Source of the DNA: Aquificaceae bacterium
GTDB taxonomy: Bacteria > Aquificota > Aquificia > Aquificales > Aquificaceae
Assembly (NCBI GenBank): GCA_015490155.1
Contig: WFYI01000105.1
Span: 1-30,740, forward strand
DNA length: 30,740 nucleotides
Direction: 5' to 3'
Position 1 is the stretch's first letter. Each line of letters begins with the position of its first letter. The translations under genes and the position numbers were made by a program. Positions 8,486 through 17,711 of the stretch are shown in pieces. The notes under the pieces are model-generated. The model was given only the letters and a program-made list of their open reading frames with translations, was not told the origin of the DNA and did not search any database.

Positions 8486-9273
8486 GTTATCTTTTCTATA
8501 AGCTGAAGGTTTCTGTAGGCTCTTTCCCTACTACCTTCTCTTCTAACACCTGTTACGAAGTCCGTAACCATTTCCCTGAGTTTATCCCCCCACTCACGGG
8601 TTCTCGAAGTGCCGTTGTAACTAATCTCCTCTCTGTAGAAGTCCATCAGAACTTGCTCTCCAGAAACCGTTTCCACAAGCCACTTCCTTGAGACCTCACC
8701 CTCGTAATTCCATGCTACATTTATCTCGAACGGAACACTATCCTTTACACTTCCGCTGAGTTTCCACACGTCGCCTTTTCTGACATCCTCTAACTTCAAG
8801 TCTCCGAATAGGTACTGAAGTATATACAAATCGTGCCATGCCAAGTCCCACACCGGGTTTATGTACCCTCTACCCTTGTTCAACCTCTCTATATTTATAG
8901 ATTTAACCTCCACCTCCGTTGGGAAGTTCTTAACAGCTTCGGAGTAAAGCTCTACCTCCGAAATCTCGAGTAGAGGGTGGTCTACAATTTCCCCGAACTC
9001 CGCACTCGTCAGGGATGGAGGTTTTTCCAACAGGACAGGTATGCCCTTAGATAGGAACTCCTTAGCTATTTTGACGTGTTCTTCTGGGTTCACGGCAACT
9101 ATTACACCGCTAAGGGTTTCTTCCACATCTCCGTAATGGCAGTAAAATGGGTATCCCGTGTTCTCTACCTTTTCCCTATCTACATCGCAAAGGAGGGGCT
9201 TCAAGGATAGTTCTTCAAGTTTTTTAAGGTACTTAGACCCCATGTTGCCGAGACCTATAAGAAGGATGTGCAT
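8482..9273 (-). CDS. Gfo/Idh/MocA-family NAD(P)-binding oxidoreductase
   Basis: N-terminal Rossmann motif [15 protein letters not shown] and the EKP motif (VLLEKPPSL) typical of Gfo/Idh/MocA. An ATGA overlap with kdsC places it in the same operon. It occupies the slot where kdsD sits in Enterobacteria but has no SIS or CBS domains. Confidence 0.7.
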
Positions 9274-9302
9274 AGGTAAGAATTTTAAGATAATAAGTAT
9301 GT

Positions 9303-9983
9303 ATGAGATGCGAGAGTTTAGAGCTTGTTAAGGAAAAAATTTTAAGAGCCTGTGAGCGTTCGGGAAGAAGTGTCTCGGATGTTAAGCTTTTGGGAGCCTC
9401 TAAGACTGTTCCCGCGGAAAGGCTGAGAGAGTTCTACGAGTGTGGTTTGCATGTGTTTGGAGAGAACAGGGTTCAGGAGTTCCTGAAAAAGTACGAAGAA
9501 CTCGAGTCTTTTGATATAGAGTGGCACTTTATAGGCAGGCTTCAGAGCAACAAGGTAAAGTACATAATCGACAAAGTGGTTTTAATTCACTCCCTTGACA
9601 GGGAGAGTCTTGCAAAGGAAATCCAGAAAAGGGCAGAAAGGTTAGGAAGGGTTCAGGAAGTTCTCGTAGAGGTGAACGTGGGGAACGAAGAAAGCAAAGG
9701 AGGTGTTAAAACGGAACAACTTGAAGAGTTTATAAGCCGAGTATTAGAGCTAAAGAACTTAAAGGTTATAGGGCTTATGTGTATCCCGCCTTATATGGAG
9801 AATCCGGAAGACGTTAGACCTTTTTTTGGAAGGTTAAGGGACTTGAGGGACAAATTGGGAACGAGACTGGGCATACCCCTTGGGGAGCTTTCCATGGGAA
9901 TGTCTCATGACTTTGAGGTTGCAATAGAGGAAGGAGCCACGATAGTAAGGGTAGGGTCGTTACTTTTCGGGGAGAGGGGTTAG
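9303..9983 (+). CDS. yggS: YggS/PLPBP-family pyridoxal-phosphate homeostasis protein
   Basis: 226 aa. The conserved lysine region is ...LLGASKTVPAERLREFYECGLHVFGENRVQE... It has the alanine-racemase-N-like TIM barrel typical of YggS. Confidence 0.88.
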   Translation: MRCESLELVKEKILRACERSGRSVSDVKLLGASKTVPAERLREFYECGLHVFGENRVQEFLKKYEELESFDIEWHFIGRLQSNKVKYIIDKVVLIHSLDRESLAKEIQKRAERLGRVQEVLVEVNVGNEESKGGVKTEQLEEFISRVLELKNLKVIGLMCIPPYMENPEDVRPFFGRLRDLRDKLGTRLGIPLGELSMGMSHDFEVAIEEGATIVRVGSLLFGERG

Positions 9984-11300
9984 CTACTTTATTCCGTAAG
10001 CCTCCAATTTTCTATACAGGGTTCTCAGGGGAATACCGAGTATTTCCGAGGCTTTTTTCTTGTTGAACTGCACCTGTCTGAGGACTTTAAGTATGTACTC
10101 TTTTTCTATGTCCTCGAGCTTACCAGAACTTTCCTCCTCGTCGGGTATCAAACAAGATATGTCTGAGGCACCTATAAGCTCTCCTTCAGCGAATAGGACG
10201 CTCCTCTCCACAAGGTTTCTCAATTCTCTCACGTTTCCCCTCCAGCTGTAGTTTAACAGGAGCTTCTCTGCCTCAGCCGTAAAGCCCTTGACCTCCTTTC
10301 CGTACTTCCTTGAGAACACCTTTAGGAAGTGATGAGCGAGCGGAAGTATGTCCTCTTTCCTGTATCGCAAGGGTGGGATTTCTATCTCAACTACGTTCAG
10401 CCTGAAGTAAAGGTCTTCCCTAAACCTTCCTTCCTTCACAAGCTCTCTGATGTCTCTGTTGGTAGCCGCTATTACCCTCACATCGCTCTCTATTTCCTTT
10501 CTACCGCCGAGGCGGTAAAACCTTTTACTCTCTATTGCTCTTAGTAGCTTCGCCTGTAGGGATAGCTCAAGCTCCCCTATCTCATCTAAAAATAGCGTTC
10601 CTCCATGTGCAAGCTCGAAGAAGCCCTCCTTAGACCTGTCCGCTCCGCTGAAAGCTCCCTTTTCGTATCCAAACAGCTCTGACTCTACCAGCTCTTTTGG
10701 TATGGAGGCTACGTTAAGAGCTACGAATGGCTTGTCCACCCTATCGCTTAATCTGTGAATTATCCCCGCTATGACTTCCTTACCCACGCCCGTTTCACCT
10801 GTGACCAAAACCGGGCAGTCCGCACAGGATATCTTGTTAATCCTTTCGAGGATACCCTTCATAAGACTACTTTCAAAAACGAATTCCGAGTAACTTGCGA
10901 GTTTTCCTTTTCTGCTGAGGAGTAAGCTATCCCGTTTGTAATCCCTTGCCTCGAGGCATTTTCTCAGGGTAATCTCTATCTCTTCTAAGGAGCATGGCTT
11001 TGTTAGAAAGTCAGAGGCTCCTTCTTTCATAGCTTCAACTGCGGTCTTTATAGTCCCGTGTCCCGTTATAACCACAACCTCCGTCAGTTTTGAGCTATCC
11101 TTTATGTGTTTAAGTATTTCCATTCCGTTCATATCCGGTAGGAAAAGGTCTAAGAGAACGAGCGCAAAGTCTTTATCCCTCAGAAGTTTAACAGCCTCCT
11201 TACCCAAGCTACACGCCTCTACGTTAAATCCCGCCTCGGAGAGATACTCCTTCAGTAACTCGAGGAAGTCCCTGTCGTCCTCAACTATCAGTATTCTCAT
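9984..11300 (-). CDS. Sigma-54-dependent response regulator (NtrC family: REC, AAA+ and Fis-type HTH)
   Basis: REC domain [20 protein letters not shown]...[11 protein letters not shown]. Walker A GETGVGKE, the GAFSGA motif and an [12 protein letters not shown] box. The C-terminal Fis-like HTH is [34 protein letters not shown] lies 4 nt upstream of the ATG. Confidence 0.93.
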   Translation of the reverse strand: MRILIVEDDRDFLELLKEYLSEAGFNVEACSLGKEAVKLLRDKDFALVLLDLFLPDMNGMEILKHIKDSSKLTEVVVITGHGTIKTAVEAMKEGASDFLTKPCSLEEIEITLRKCLEARDYKRDSLLLSRKGKLASYSEFVFESSLMKGILERINKISCADCPVLVTGETGVGKEVIAGIIHRLSDRVDKPFVALNVASIPKELVESELFGYEKGAFSGADRSKEGFFELAHGGTLFLDEIGELELSLQAKLLRAIESKRFYRLGGRKEIESDVRVIAATNRDIRELVKEGRFREDLYFRLNVVEIEIPPLRYRKEDILPLAHHFLKVFSRKYGKEVKGFTAEAEKLLLNYSWRGNVRELRNLVERSVLFAEGELIGASDISCLIPDEEESSGKLEDIEKEYILKVLRQVQFNKKKASEILGIPLRTLYRKLEAYGIK

Positions 11301-13254
11301 GCGACTCTCCCATCACGTAAACATAAACTTCCGTACCCGAACCGTTTAGGCTCTGAATTCGTATATCGCCACCGAGATTTTTGACCAGCCGTTTAGCAAG
11401 GGAAAGCCCGAGCCCGGTCCCCTCCTCCTTTGTGGTAAAGAACGGGTCAAACACCTTGCTCAAGACCTCTTTGGGAATACCCTCTCCGTCGTCAGTTATT
11501 TTCCATACCAAGTTGTCCCCTTCCCTATCCAAATATACGTTTACTTTGCTACGCGATGCATCTATGGCATTATCAATTATATTCAACAGCACCTGCTCTA
11601 ACTGCCACTGAAAGGTGAAAATCCTCATGTTTTCTCTATGTGCCACAAAGCCTATCTCTATTCCTTTCCTCTTCGCCTTTGTTCTTAGGAGGTTTATAAC
11701 CTCTATGGTTAATTTCGCGGGGTCTACGTAGTCGGGTTTTCCTTCAAAGGGCTTCCCTATGTCGAGGAGCTTCTTTACCGTATCCGCACACCTCTCGGCT
11801 TGTCTTACCACTATTTTTGCCTTTTCCCTGATTTTTTCTTCGCTGCTCTGGAGGATTATACTTTCCGAGTATCCCATTATCGAAGCAAGGGGATTGTTTA
11901 TCTGGTGCGCTATGGAACAGGCTATCTCGCCTGCAAGGGACAGCTTTGAGGTCTTTTCCAGCAGAGTTTTAAGCTCCTTTTCTTCAGAGACATCTCTTAT
12001 ATGCCACAGCGTATATCTTTTGCCGTTAACGTTTATATAGCTTTGCCTTAGTTCGCATATAAGTTCTCTATCAACAATTCTGAGGCTCTTTTCTGGGAAG
12101 TAAACCTGCCCGTTGGATATTCCCTTCACCATCTCCTCCATGCTCAGCCCGAGGAGGTCTTCCTTATCCATGCCGAGCTTTTGCAGGAGTGTGCAGTTTA
12201 CATCTATAACCCTGTTCTTTTCGTCGAAGAGCAGAACTCCCTCGAGGGAATTCTCAAAGAGGTTCATGTAAAGCCGTTTTTCCTCCTCTAATTTTTTTAG
12301 GAGGTTTTCAAATACCTGTGAAAGCTCCCTTACCTCGTTCCCCTTACTTATAGGGTCTCCACCTATCTGCCCACCGAGTGACACAACTCTGTCCCGTAGG
12401 TTCTCGAGGGGCTTGAACACTTTGAGGATAACTATCAAGCCCAATGTAGAGCTTAGGAATGTTATGAGTATTTCTGCGGTTAAGGCTCTAAGCTGAAAAT
12501 CCCTTAATGGAAATAGTACCGAAGACAGGGGTGTTTCCACGAGGATAGCCCAGTTCATTCCCTTGAGCGTACCGAAGGTTCCTACGACCGTTTCCTTGAG
12601 CAGGGGTGATATGTACACACCCCTTCTGAGTTCTACTTTCTTCAAGTCCGAGTATCTTAAGTCGCTGAAAGCGACTATGTTTCCGTCGCTGTCCGTTAAA
12701 AATAGATAAGTGTCCTTCGACGGGACGCTCGATATTAGCTCCTGCCAGAAGAGGGACAGGTCTAAGGAGAATATGTAGAAACCGGAAAAAACCCCCTCGT
12801 TGTATGTGGGTATGTATATCCTCAAAAATGGTTCTCTGTAATCCGTGTATCGAACACCCAATACCTTCGTTTCCCTGTGGTTAAGGTCAAGAACCGGCTC
12901 AAAATTAGGGTTAGAAGTCTCTCTGCTTACCGCATCTATTAAGTACCCATCGAAGCTGTAAAAGGCTCCTTCAAATATGCTTTTTACGTGTCCGGTTATC
13001 CTCCATATAACCTGCTTACTGGAAAGTCCTAAGTTCTCGTATAGTGAAACAAGACCCTGTATCTCCGATAAATTTTCCTCGAAGAAGAGCGTAAACCTAT
13101 TTACTAGGGAGTTAGTGTAGGTTGCGTTTTGCTTTTTAGCCTCCTCTATAAGGTACCCTTTCATGGCAAAGTAGTGGTAAACGAAAAAAGCCATAGGTAT
13201 ACAGGCTATAAATACGAGTATCAGGACAACCCTTACCTTTAGAGAGAGGTTCAT
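11281..13254 (-). CDS. Sensor histidine kinase (two TM helices flanking a roughly 270-aa periplasmic domain, then PAS, HisKA and HATPase_c)
   Basis: TM1 VVLILVFIACIPMAFFVY and TM2 ILITFLSSTLGLIVIL. PAS-like region LFENSLEGVLLFDEKNRVIDVN. H-box AGEIACSIAHQINNPLASIMGY. N, G1 and G2 boxes NIIDNAIDA...DDGEGIPKEV...TGLGLSLAKRLV. It overlaps the regulator gene by 20 nt and forms an ATGA with the upstream gene. Confidence 0.9.
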   Translation of the reverse strand: MNLSLKVRVVLILVFIACIPMAFFVYHYFAMKGYLIEEAKKQNATYTNSLVNRFTLFFEENLSEIQGLVSLYENLGLSSKQVIWRITGHVKSIFEGAFYSFDGYLIDAVSRETSNPNFEPVLDLNHRETKVLGVRYTDYREPFLRIYIPTYNEGVFSGFYIFSLDLSLFWQELISSVPSKDTYLFLTDSDGNIVAFSDLRYSDLKKVELRRGVYISPLLKETVVGTFGTLKGMNWAILVETPLSSVLFPLRDFQLRALTAEILITFLSSTLGLIVILKVFKPLENLRDRVVSLGGQIGGDPISKGNEVRELSQVFENLLKKLEEEKRLYMNLFENSLEGVLLFDEKNRVIDVNCTLLQKLGMDKEDLLGLSMEEMVKGISNGQVYFPEKSLRIVDRELICELRQSYINVNGKRYTLWHIRDVSEEKELKTLLEKTSKLSLAGEIACSIAHQINNPLASIMGYSESIILQSSEEKIREKAKIVVRQAERCADTVKKLLDIGKPFEGKPDYVDPAKLTIEVINLLRTKAKRKGIEIGFVAHRENMRIFTFQWQLEQVLLNIIDNAIDASRSKVNVYLDREGDNLVWKITDDGEGIPKEVLSKVFDPFFTTKEEGTGLGLSLAKRLVKNLGGDIRIQSLNGSGTEVYVYVMGESHENTDS

Positions 13255-14219
13255 CGAACCACCTCGTCAGCAAAGGAGTAAATTTCCCTGTTGTAATTCA
13301 CAGCCAGCTCTTCGAGGGCTTTCTCGTTAATTGCAAATCTCGGGTAGTAGGTTCTCTCGAAGGGAACGTCCCTAACCTTTGCTCCTCTCAGGAGTCTGTA
13401 AGCTATGTGGGAAGCTTGATAGCCTTGCTCGTAGCTCGGCGTTCCGTAGGCTACATGACAGCCCTTTTTAACCAGCTCCGGAGAGTGGCAGAACACAGGT
13501 ATTTGATAGAAGTTTGCGTAGTGAAGTATGTAGGAAGTTAGAAAGTTCTCCGTGTAGAAACAAGGTGTAAGGACTATAGCCTTGAACCCGTCCTCCCTCA
13601 TGTTGCTTATTATGTACTCCAACTCCATTACGTCCGCTACGCTTACGGGAACCACTTTAACACCGAACTTCTTGGCTGAGCGAACCGTTATCTGTGTAGC
13701 TCTCTTTGATGCCTCAAACTTAGGAGTGCAGAACACGAGAACCTTCTTTATGTCCGGAAAGGTCTGAGCAAAGAGTTCCATTCTCTTTTCCATAAGCTCC
13801 GCGTTCAGATTGTCCACACCTGTTATCCCTTCAGAGGGTAAGGAAAGCTCCTTTGTTAGCTTCCATGCAAGTATGCTCGTACCCCCGAGTATTACCACGG
13901 GTGTTGTGAGTTTACCGTTCGATTTGAGCATGTGAGCTTCAAGACTCCCTCCTACCGCTATTAAGTCGTAACTATCTTGCATTTGGTACAGCTCTACTGC
14001 AAGTTCCCTTATTTTCTTCAGCGTGTTGTCTCCCTTGTAGGTATCTATGCTCACGTTCCCTAAGCCCAGGTCCTTCAATCCTTGAATGAAACCCTTTACC
14101 TTTTGCATTCTCCCCTCGCCGGATATGAAGATAGCTACTCTGTAATCCTCACCCGATTTGTTCCCTTCACAGGACAGCGTGAATATAAAGAGAACCAGAA
14201 GAAGTAATGTTTTTGCCAT
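13251..14219 (-). CDS. Periplasmic binding protein of the 'ABC_sub_bind' (PF04392-like) family, likely a lipoprotein or signal-peptide protein; a candidate sensory partner of the kinase
   Basis: I place the start at ATG 14217-14219 (MAKTLLLLVLFIFTLSCEG...; signal peptide with a lipobox-like LSC). The ORF track begins 51 codons earlier in a stretch that looks non-native. The C-terminal LLRGAKVRDVPFERTYYPRFAINEKALEEL and the overall type-I PBP fold match PF04392, a family typically encoded next to sensor kinases without transporter genes. Its stop overlaps the kinase ATG (ATGA). Confidence 0.72.
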   Translation of the reverse strand: MAKTLLLLVLFIFTLSCEGNKSGEDYRVAIFISGEGRMQKVKGFIQGLKDLGLGNVSIDTYKGDNTLKKIRELAVELYQMQDSYDLIAVGGSLEAHMLKSNGKLTTPVVILGGTSILAWKLTKELSLPSEGITGVDNLNAELMEKRMELFAQTFPDIKKVLVFCTPKFEASKRATQITVRSAKKFGVKVVPVSVADVMELEYIISNMREDGFKAIVLTPCFYTENFLTSYILHYANFYQIPVFCHSPELVKKGCHVAYGTPSYEQGYQASHIAYRLLRGAKVRDVPFERTYYPRFAINEKALEELAVNYNREIYSFADEVVR

Positions 14220-14237
14220 AACATATATTAAAAACCT

Positions 14238-15572
14238 ATGAAGAGAAACTGGAAAGACATAGTGGTAATAGGCGGTGGGCTTGCCGGCTCCGAAGCCGCT
14301 TGGACGCTTGCAAAAAGGGGCTATTCTGTGACGCTCTACGAGATGAGACCGAAGGTCATGACACCGGCTCACAAGGGGAGAAAACTCTCCGAGCTGGTGT
14401 GCAGCAATACATTAGGCGGTATGGAGCTTACCACCGGTGCGGGCTTGCTAAAGGCGGAGATGAAGCTCTTAGGCTCGCTAATCGTGGAAGCGGCTCAAGA
14501 ATCGCGTGTCCCTGCAGGGGGTGCGCTCGCCGTGGACAGAGAAAGGTTTTCTGAATACATAACCTACAAGATTGAAAACGAACCTAACATAGAAGTTATC
14601 AGGGAGGAAGTGACCCGTATTCCGGAGGACAAAATCGTGATAGTGGCTACTGGACCTTTAAGCTCTCGGTCACTTTCAGAAAGCATAATCCAGCTGGTAG
14701 GCTACAAAACGCTGTACTTTTACGATGCCATATCTCCCATAGTGGACGCGGAGAGCGTAGATTACTCCAAAGGCTTTTGGGCTTCGAGGTACGGTAGGGG
14801 CGGTGAGGACTACTTCAACTGTGTTTTGACGGAAGAGGAATATACACTCTTTTACGAAGAGCTTTTAAAGGCTGAAAAGGTACAGCCAAAAGACTTCGAA
14901 AAGGCGGTTCACTTTGAGGGTTGTCTCCCCGTCGAGGAAATGGCTCAGAGGGGATTTAAGACCCTGCTCTTTGGTCCCATGAAACCTGTAGGTTTGATAG
15001 ACCCAAAAACGGGCAAGGAGCCTTTTGCCGTCGTTCAGCTTAGGAAGGAGAACAGGGAAGGCACGCTACTTTCCCTCGTAGGTTTTCAGACGAAGTTAAC
15101 CTATCCCGAGCAGAAGAGGGTTTTCAGACTGATACCGTGTTTGAGAGATGCAGTTTTTGTAAGGCTCGGTTCTATGCACAGAAACACCTTTATACAGTCT
15201 AACAAGGTTCTAACCCCTTTTTTAAACATGAGAAAGTATCCCAATATATTCTTTGCGGGACAGATAACCGGTGTTGAGGGATACGTTGCATCTGCCGCCA
15301 CCGGAATACTTGCAGGGATAAACGCTGGGAAACTTGCGGAGGGAGAGTCGCTAACTGTACCTCCGGAGGAAACCATGCTCGGCTCTTTGGTCAGGTACAT
15401 AACCACAAAGGAGGGAGAGCTTCAACCTATGAACCCGGTCTTCGGGCTTTTACCTCCCCTTAACATGAGAGTTAAGAACAAGAAAAAACGTAAAGAGCTT
15501 ATGGCAAAAAGGGCTGTAGAAAGTCTAAAGAAATGGATAGAGAAGGAATTACAATTAGTAAGTCATGTTTGA
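14238..15572 (+). CDS. trmFO: Methylenetetrahydrofolate--tRNA-(uracil54-C5)-methyltransferase TrmFO (FAD-dependent)
   Basis: 444 aa. FAD motif [20 protein letters not shown]. Full-length TrmFO/Gid similarity, including the ...CSNTLGG... region. Confidence 0.93.
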   Translation: MKRNWKDIVVIGGGLAGSEAAWTLAKRGYSVTLYEMRPKVMTPAHKGRKLSELVCSNTLGGMELTTGAGLLKAEMKLLGSLIVEAAQESRVPAGGALAVDRERFSEYITYKIENEPNIEVIREEVTRIPEDKIVIVATGPLSSRSLSESIIQLVGYKTLYFYDAISPIVDAESVDYSKGFWASRYGRGGEDYFNCVLTEEEYTLFYEELLKAEKVQPKDFEKAVHFEGCLPVEEMAQRGFKTLLFGPMKPVGLIDPKTGKEPFAVVQLRKENREGTLLSLVGFQTKLTYPEQKRVFRLIPCLRDAVFVRLGSMHRNTFIQSNKVLTPFLNMRKYPNIFFAGQITGVEGYVASAATGILAGINAGKLAEGESLTVPPEETMLGSLVRYITTKEGELQPMNPVFGLLPPLNMRVKNKKKRKELMAKRAVESLKKWIEKELQLVSHV

Positions 15573-16539
15573 AGAACTTGCACTCCTTTCCCTCAAGTTT
15601 TTATTAGGGGTTGCAGTACTAGTAAAGGGGGCAGACCTGCTTATAGAGGGGGCTTCTCAAATAGCTAAAAGGTTCGGTGTTCCGGAGTTTATCATCGGGC
15701 TTACACTTGTGGCTTTCGGAACCTCACTACCCGAGCTTACGGTTAACATCATAGCAAGTGCAAAGGGAAACTCTGAACTTACTATGGGAAATGTAATAGG
15801 CTCTAACATAGCCAACATACTACTAATTTTGGGCGTGAGCGCGCTCATCTATCCCTTGAGGGTTCACAGGGATTTCGTAAAGAAGGAGATACCCATAAAC
15901 TTCGTTGCCACGCTGATACTCATAGTTATGGCTAACGATATTCTGATTGACGGCGAACCTTTATCGCTCGTAAGCCGTTCTGAGGGCTTCATACTCATAC
16001 TTACTTTCTTGGGTTACATATACTTTATGGCAGCTTTTTTAGAAAGAGAAGGTATAGAAGAGGACGTGGACGGGGCAAAGTCCATGCCGAAAATCCTACT
16101 CTACATAATCTTAGGTACGCTGGGTCTGTCCCTGGGGTCTAACTGGACTGTTGACGGTGCCGTGGGCTTAGCAGCAGCCTTAGGGATAAGTCAAATGATG
16201 GTGGGTTTATTTCTCGTGGCTTTAGGAACTTCCCTACCTGAACTCATGACCTCCGCGGTAGCGGCGATGAAGAGGAATCCGGACATAGCTCTCGGAAATG
16301 TCGCAGGCTCAAACATATTCAACATAAGCCTTGTACTCGGGGCAAGCTCCATAATAAACCCCGTGCCCGTTATAGCCAGAACTAACTTTGATTTACTTAT
16401 ACTTTTCGTTGCTACATTTATACTATTTATAAGCGTAGTTTTCAGTAGCAGGAAGGTTATAAGTAGGAAAGAGGGCTTTATCTTCCTGCTGGCTTACGTA
16501 GCTTACATACTGTACTCCGGGTATATTGAGTTCGAATGA
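15565..16539 (+). CDS. Na+/Ca2+ exchanger-family (CaCA/YrbG-like) membrane transporter
   Basis: Two alpha-repeat motifs ([17 protein letters not shown]... and [18 protein letters not shown]...[11 protein letters not shown]) and about 10 TM segments. It overlaps the trmFO stop by 8 nt. Confidence 0.9.
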   Translation: MFEELALLSLKFLLGVAVLVKGADLLIEGASQIAKRFGVPEFIIGLTLVAFGTSLPELTVNIIASAKGNSELTMGNVIGSNIANILLILGVSALIYPLRVHRDFVKKEIPINFVATLILIVMANDILIDGEPLSLVSRSEGFILILTFLGYIYFMAAFLEREGIEEDVDGAKSMPKILLYIILGTLGLSLGSNWTVDGAVGLAAALGISQMMVGLFLVALGTSLPELMTSAVAAMKRNPDIALGNVAGSNIFNISLVLGASSIINPVPVIARTNFDLLILFVATFILFISVVFSSRKVISRKEGFIFLLAYVAYILYSGYIEFE

Positions 16540-16745
16540 AGGGCAAAGACATTTCTGCTTTAACCGTAGGCTTGAACATAGTCGGTGGGGTCATAGCCGG
16601 CTTGCTCGTCGGGTACGCCTTCGATTACGCCATGGAGAACTGGCTTGGCTTCAGGACATCGCCGTGGGGATTTATCTTCTTCTTCTTCGTGGGTATAATT
16701 TCCGGGTTCAAAAACGCTTACTCGGACATGAAGAGGTTATCTTAA
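16536..16745 (+). CDS. AtpZ/'ATPase_gene1'-like two-TM small membrane protein
   Basis: 69 aa, with ...GGVIAGLLVGYAFDYAMENWLGFRTSPWGFIFFFFVGIISGFKNAY. This matches the G-x-lDxwlgT-PW...G pattern of the AtpZ (putative Mg2+/Ca2+ uptake) family. Its ATG overlaps the CaCA TGA (ATGA). Confidence 0.55.
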   Translation: MKGKDISALTVGLNIVGGVIAGLLVGYAFDYAMENWLGFRTSPWGFIFFFFVGIISGFKNAYSDMKRLS

Positions 16746-16752
16746 AGCTCCT

Positions 16753-17214
16753 TTACCTACGCAACTTTGTGGTGTTTTTCATGTTTCTAACCTTTTCCGG
16801 AGAAGGAGGGGCAGGTAGCTTGGGTTTACTCTTAAAGTTTGGGGGTTTAACGTAGATTACCTTTATCTCCTTGCTCTTTCCCTTAACCTCTATAACAGCT
16901 CTATCTCCTTCTATGTCAATTATCTTAAAACTCCCAAGGTCTGAGCCTATGGGAACTAACTTGTAGATTTTTTTATCCTCGAGATATATCAGGACGAATT
17001 TATCCTTACCTTTGCTTACGTAGCCACCTATCTTTAGGCTCTCGGGCAACCTTATCCCATTTAAGTAATTCCCCTTTCCCGTAGCTCCGTTAGGCAGTTC
17101 ACCGCTTGGCTCCGTATACCTTCTATCGGAAGAAAAGGGATTGTAGTCGAGTATCTCCTTGACTATGTCCGAAAAACCGAAGCTAAAGCTCGTTAAAAGA
17201 ATTAATATGTACAT
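16753..17214 (-). CDS. PilP-like secreted or lipoprotein component (type IV pilus / T2SS inner-membrane platform accessory)
   Basis: 153 aa. Signal peptide MYILILLTSFSFGFS, an NPF motif (LDYNPFSS), then a beta-sandwich-like block (LKIGGYVSKGKDKFVLIYLEDKKIYKLVPIGSDLGSFKIIDIEGDRAVIE) resembling the PilP/GspC HR domain. The C-terminus is a Pro/Lys-rich tail. Confidence 0.45.
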   Translation of the reverse strand: MYILILLTSFSFGFSDIVKEILDYNPFSSDRRYTEPSGELPNGATGKGNYLNGIRLPESLKIGGYVSKGKDKFVLIYLEDKKIYKLVPIGSDLGSFKIIDIEGDRAVIEVKGKSKEIKVIYVKPPNFKSKPKLPAPPSPEKVRNMKNTTKLRR

Positions 17215-17228
17215 AGGATAATAATTAT

Positions 17229-17711
17229 ATGTTAGCTAAGGGCTTTACCCTCGTAGAACTCCTGATAGCCACACTCCTAAGCCTCTTCGTTATCCTCATG
17301 CTTTCCTACGGGTACAAGCTTTCCTCCGAGGTAATGCAGGAGATATTTGAGAAGAAACGGCAAAGCTCCTTTGAAAGGGTATGCACGATAATTCAAGAGC
17401 AGCTCATAGGTGTGGAAGGACTTAAGCTAAAAAAGAGTAGAGAGAAAGTAGAGCTTTCCTACCTAACTTCTAAAGCCCAAACGTTGCAGAGTCCCTACGC
17501 GAGAGTGGTGTGGCACGTAGATAAGGACGGAGTTATTTATACAGAACTACCTCCTTACGGAGGTAAAGAGAGTTATAAAAAAAAGGTACTTAACCGATGG
17601 ATGTCCATAGATGGAGATGGAAATACACTTATGCTCTCTTTCGGCGATAGGAAGTGTTACATAACCGCAGAGCCGAGAGTGAGGAGTAAAATCTTCTGGA
17701 AGGGGTGGTGA
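17229..17711 (+). CDS. Prepilin-type (class III signal peptide) pseudopilin/minor pilin-like protein
   Basis: The N-terminus MLAKG|FTLVELLIATLLSLFVILML is a canonical prepilin peptidase cleavage and N-methylation motif (G-1, F+1, E+5). 160 aa. It is divergent from the PilP-like gene with only 14 nt between the two start codons. Confidence 0.7.
   Translation: MLAKGFTLVELLIATLLSLFVILMLSYGYKLSSEVMQEIFEKKRQSSFERVCTIIQEQLIGVEGLKLKKSREKVELSYLTSKAQTLQSPYARVVWHVDKDGVIYTELPPYGGKESYKKKVLNRWMSIDGDGNTLMLSFGDRKCYITAEPRVRSKIFWKGW

Noticed and set aside
14220..14372. N-terminal 51 codons of the ORF-track periplasmic binding protein ([27 protein letters not shown]...)
   Set aside because: The sequence is compositionally odd and Arg/His-rich, and it overlaps the trmFO coding region on the opposite strand. 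A canonical signal peptide begins at the internal ATG 14219. I therefore treat it as a spurious extension.
16526..16855. 109-aa plus-strand ORF overlapping the AtpZ-like gene in another frame
   Set aside because: It starts inside the CaCA gene. Its translation is Arg/Leu-rich with no recognisable domain. The 69-aa alternative has a clean ATGA coupling and an AtpZ-like two-TM pattern.
17577..17584. A8 homopolymer inside the prepilin-like gene as a slipped-strand phase-variation switch
   Set aside because: Runs of 7-8 A or T encoding Lys/Phe occur in several unrelated genes here, for example 7590-7597 and 25901-25908, so this looks compositional. An 8-nt tract is also at the low end for phase variation.
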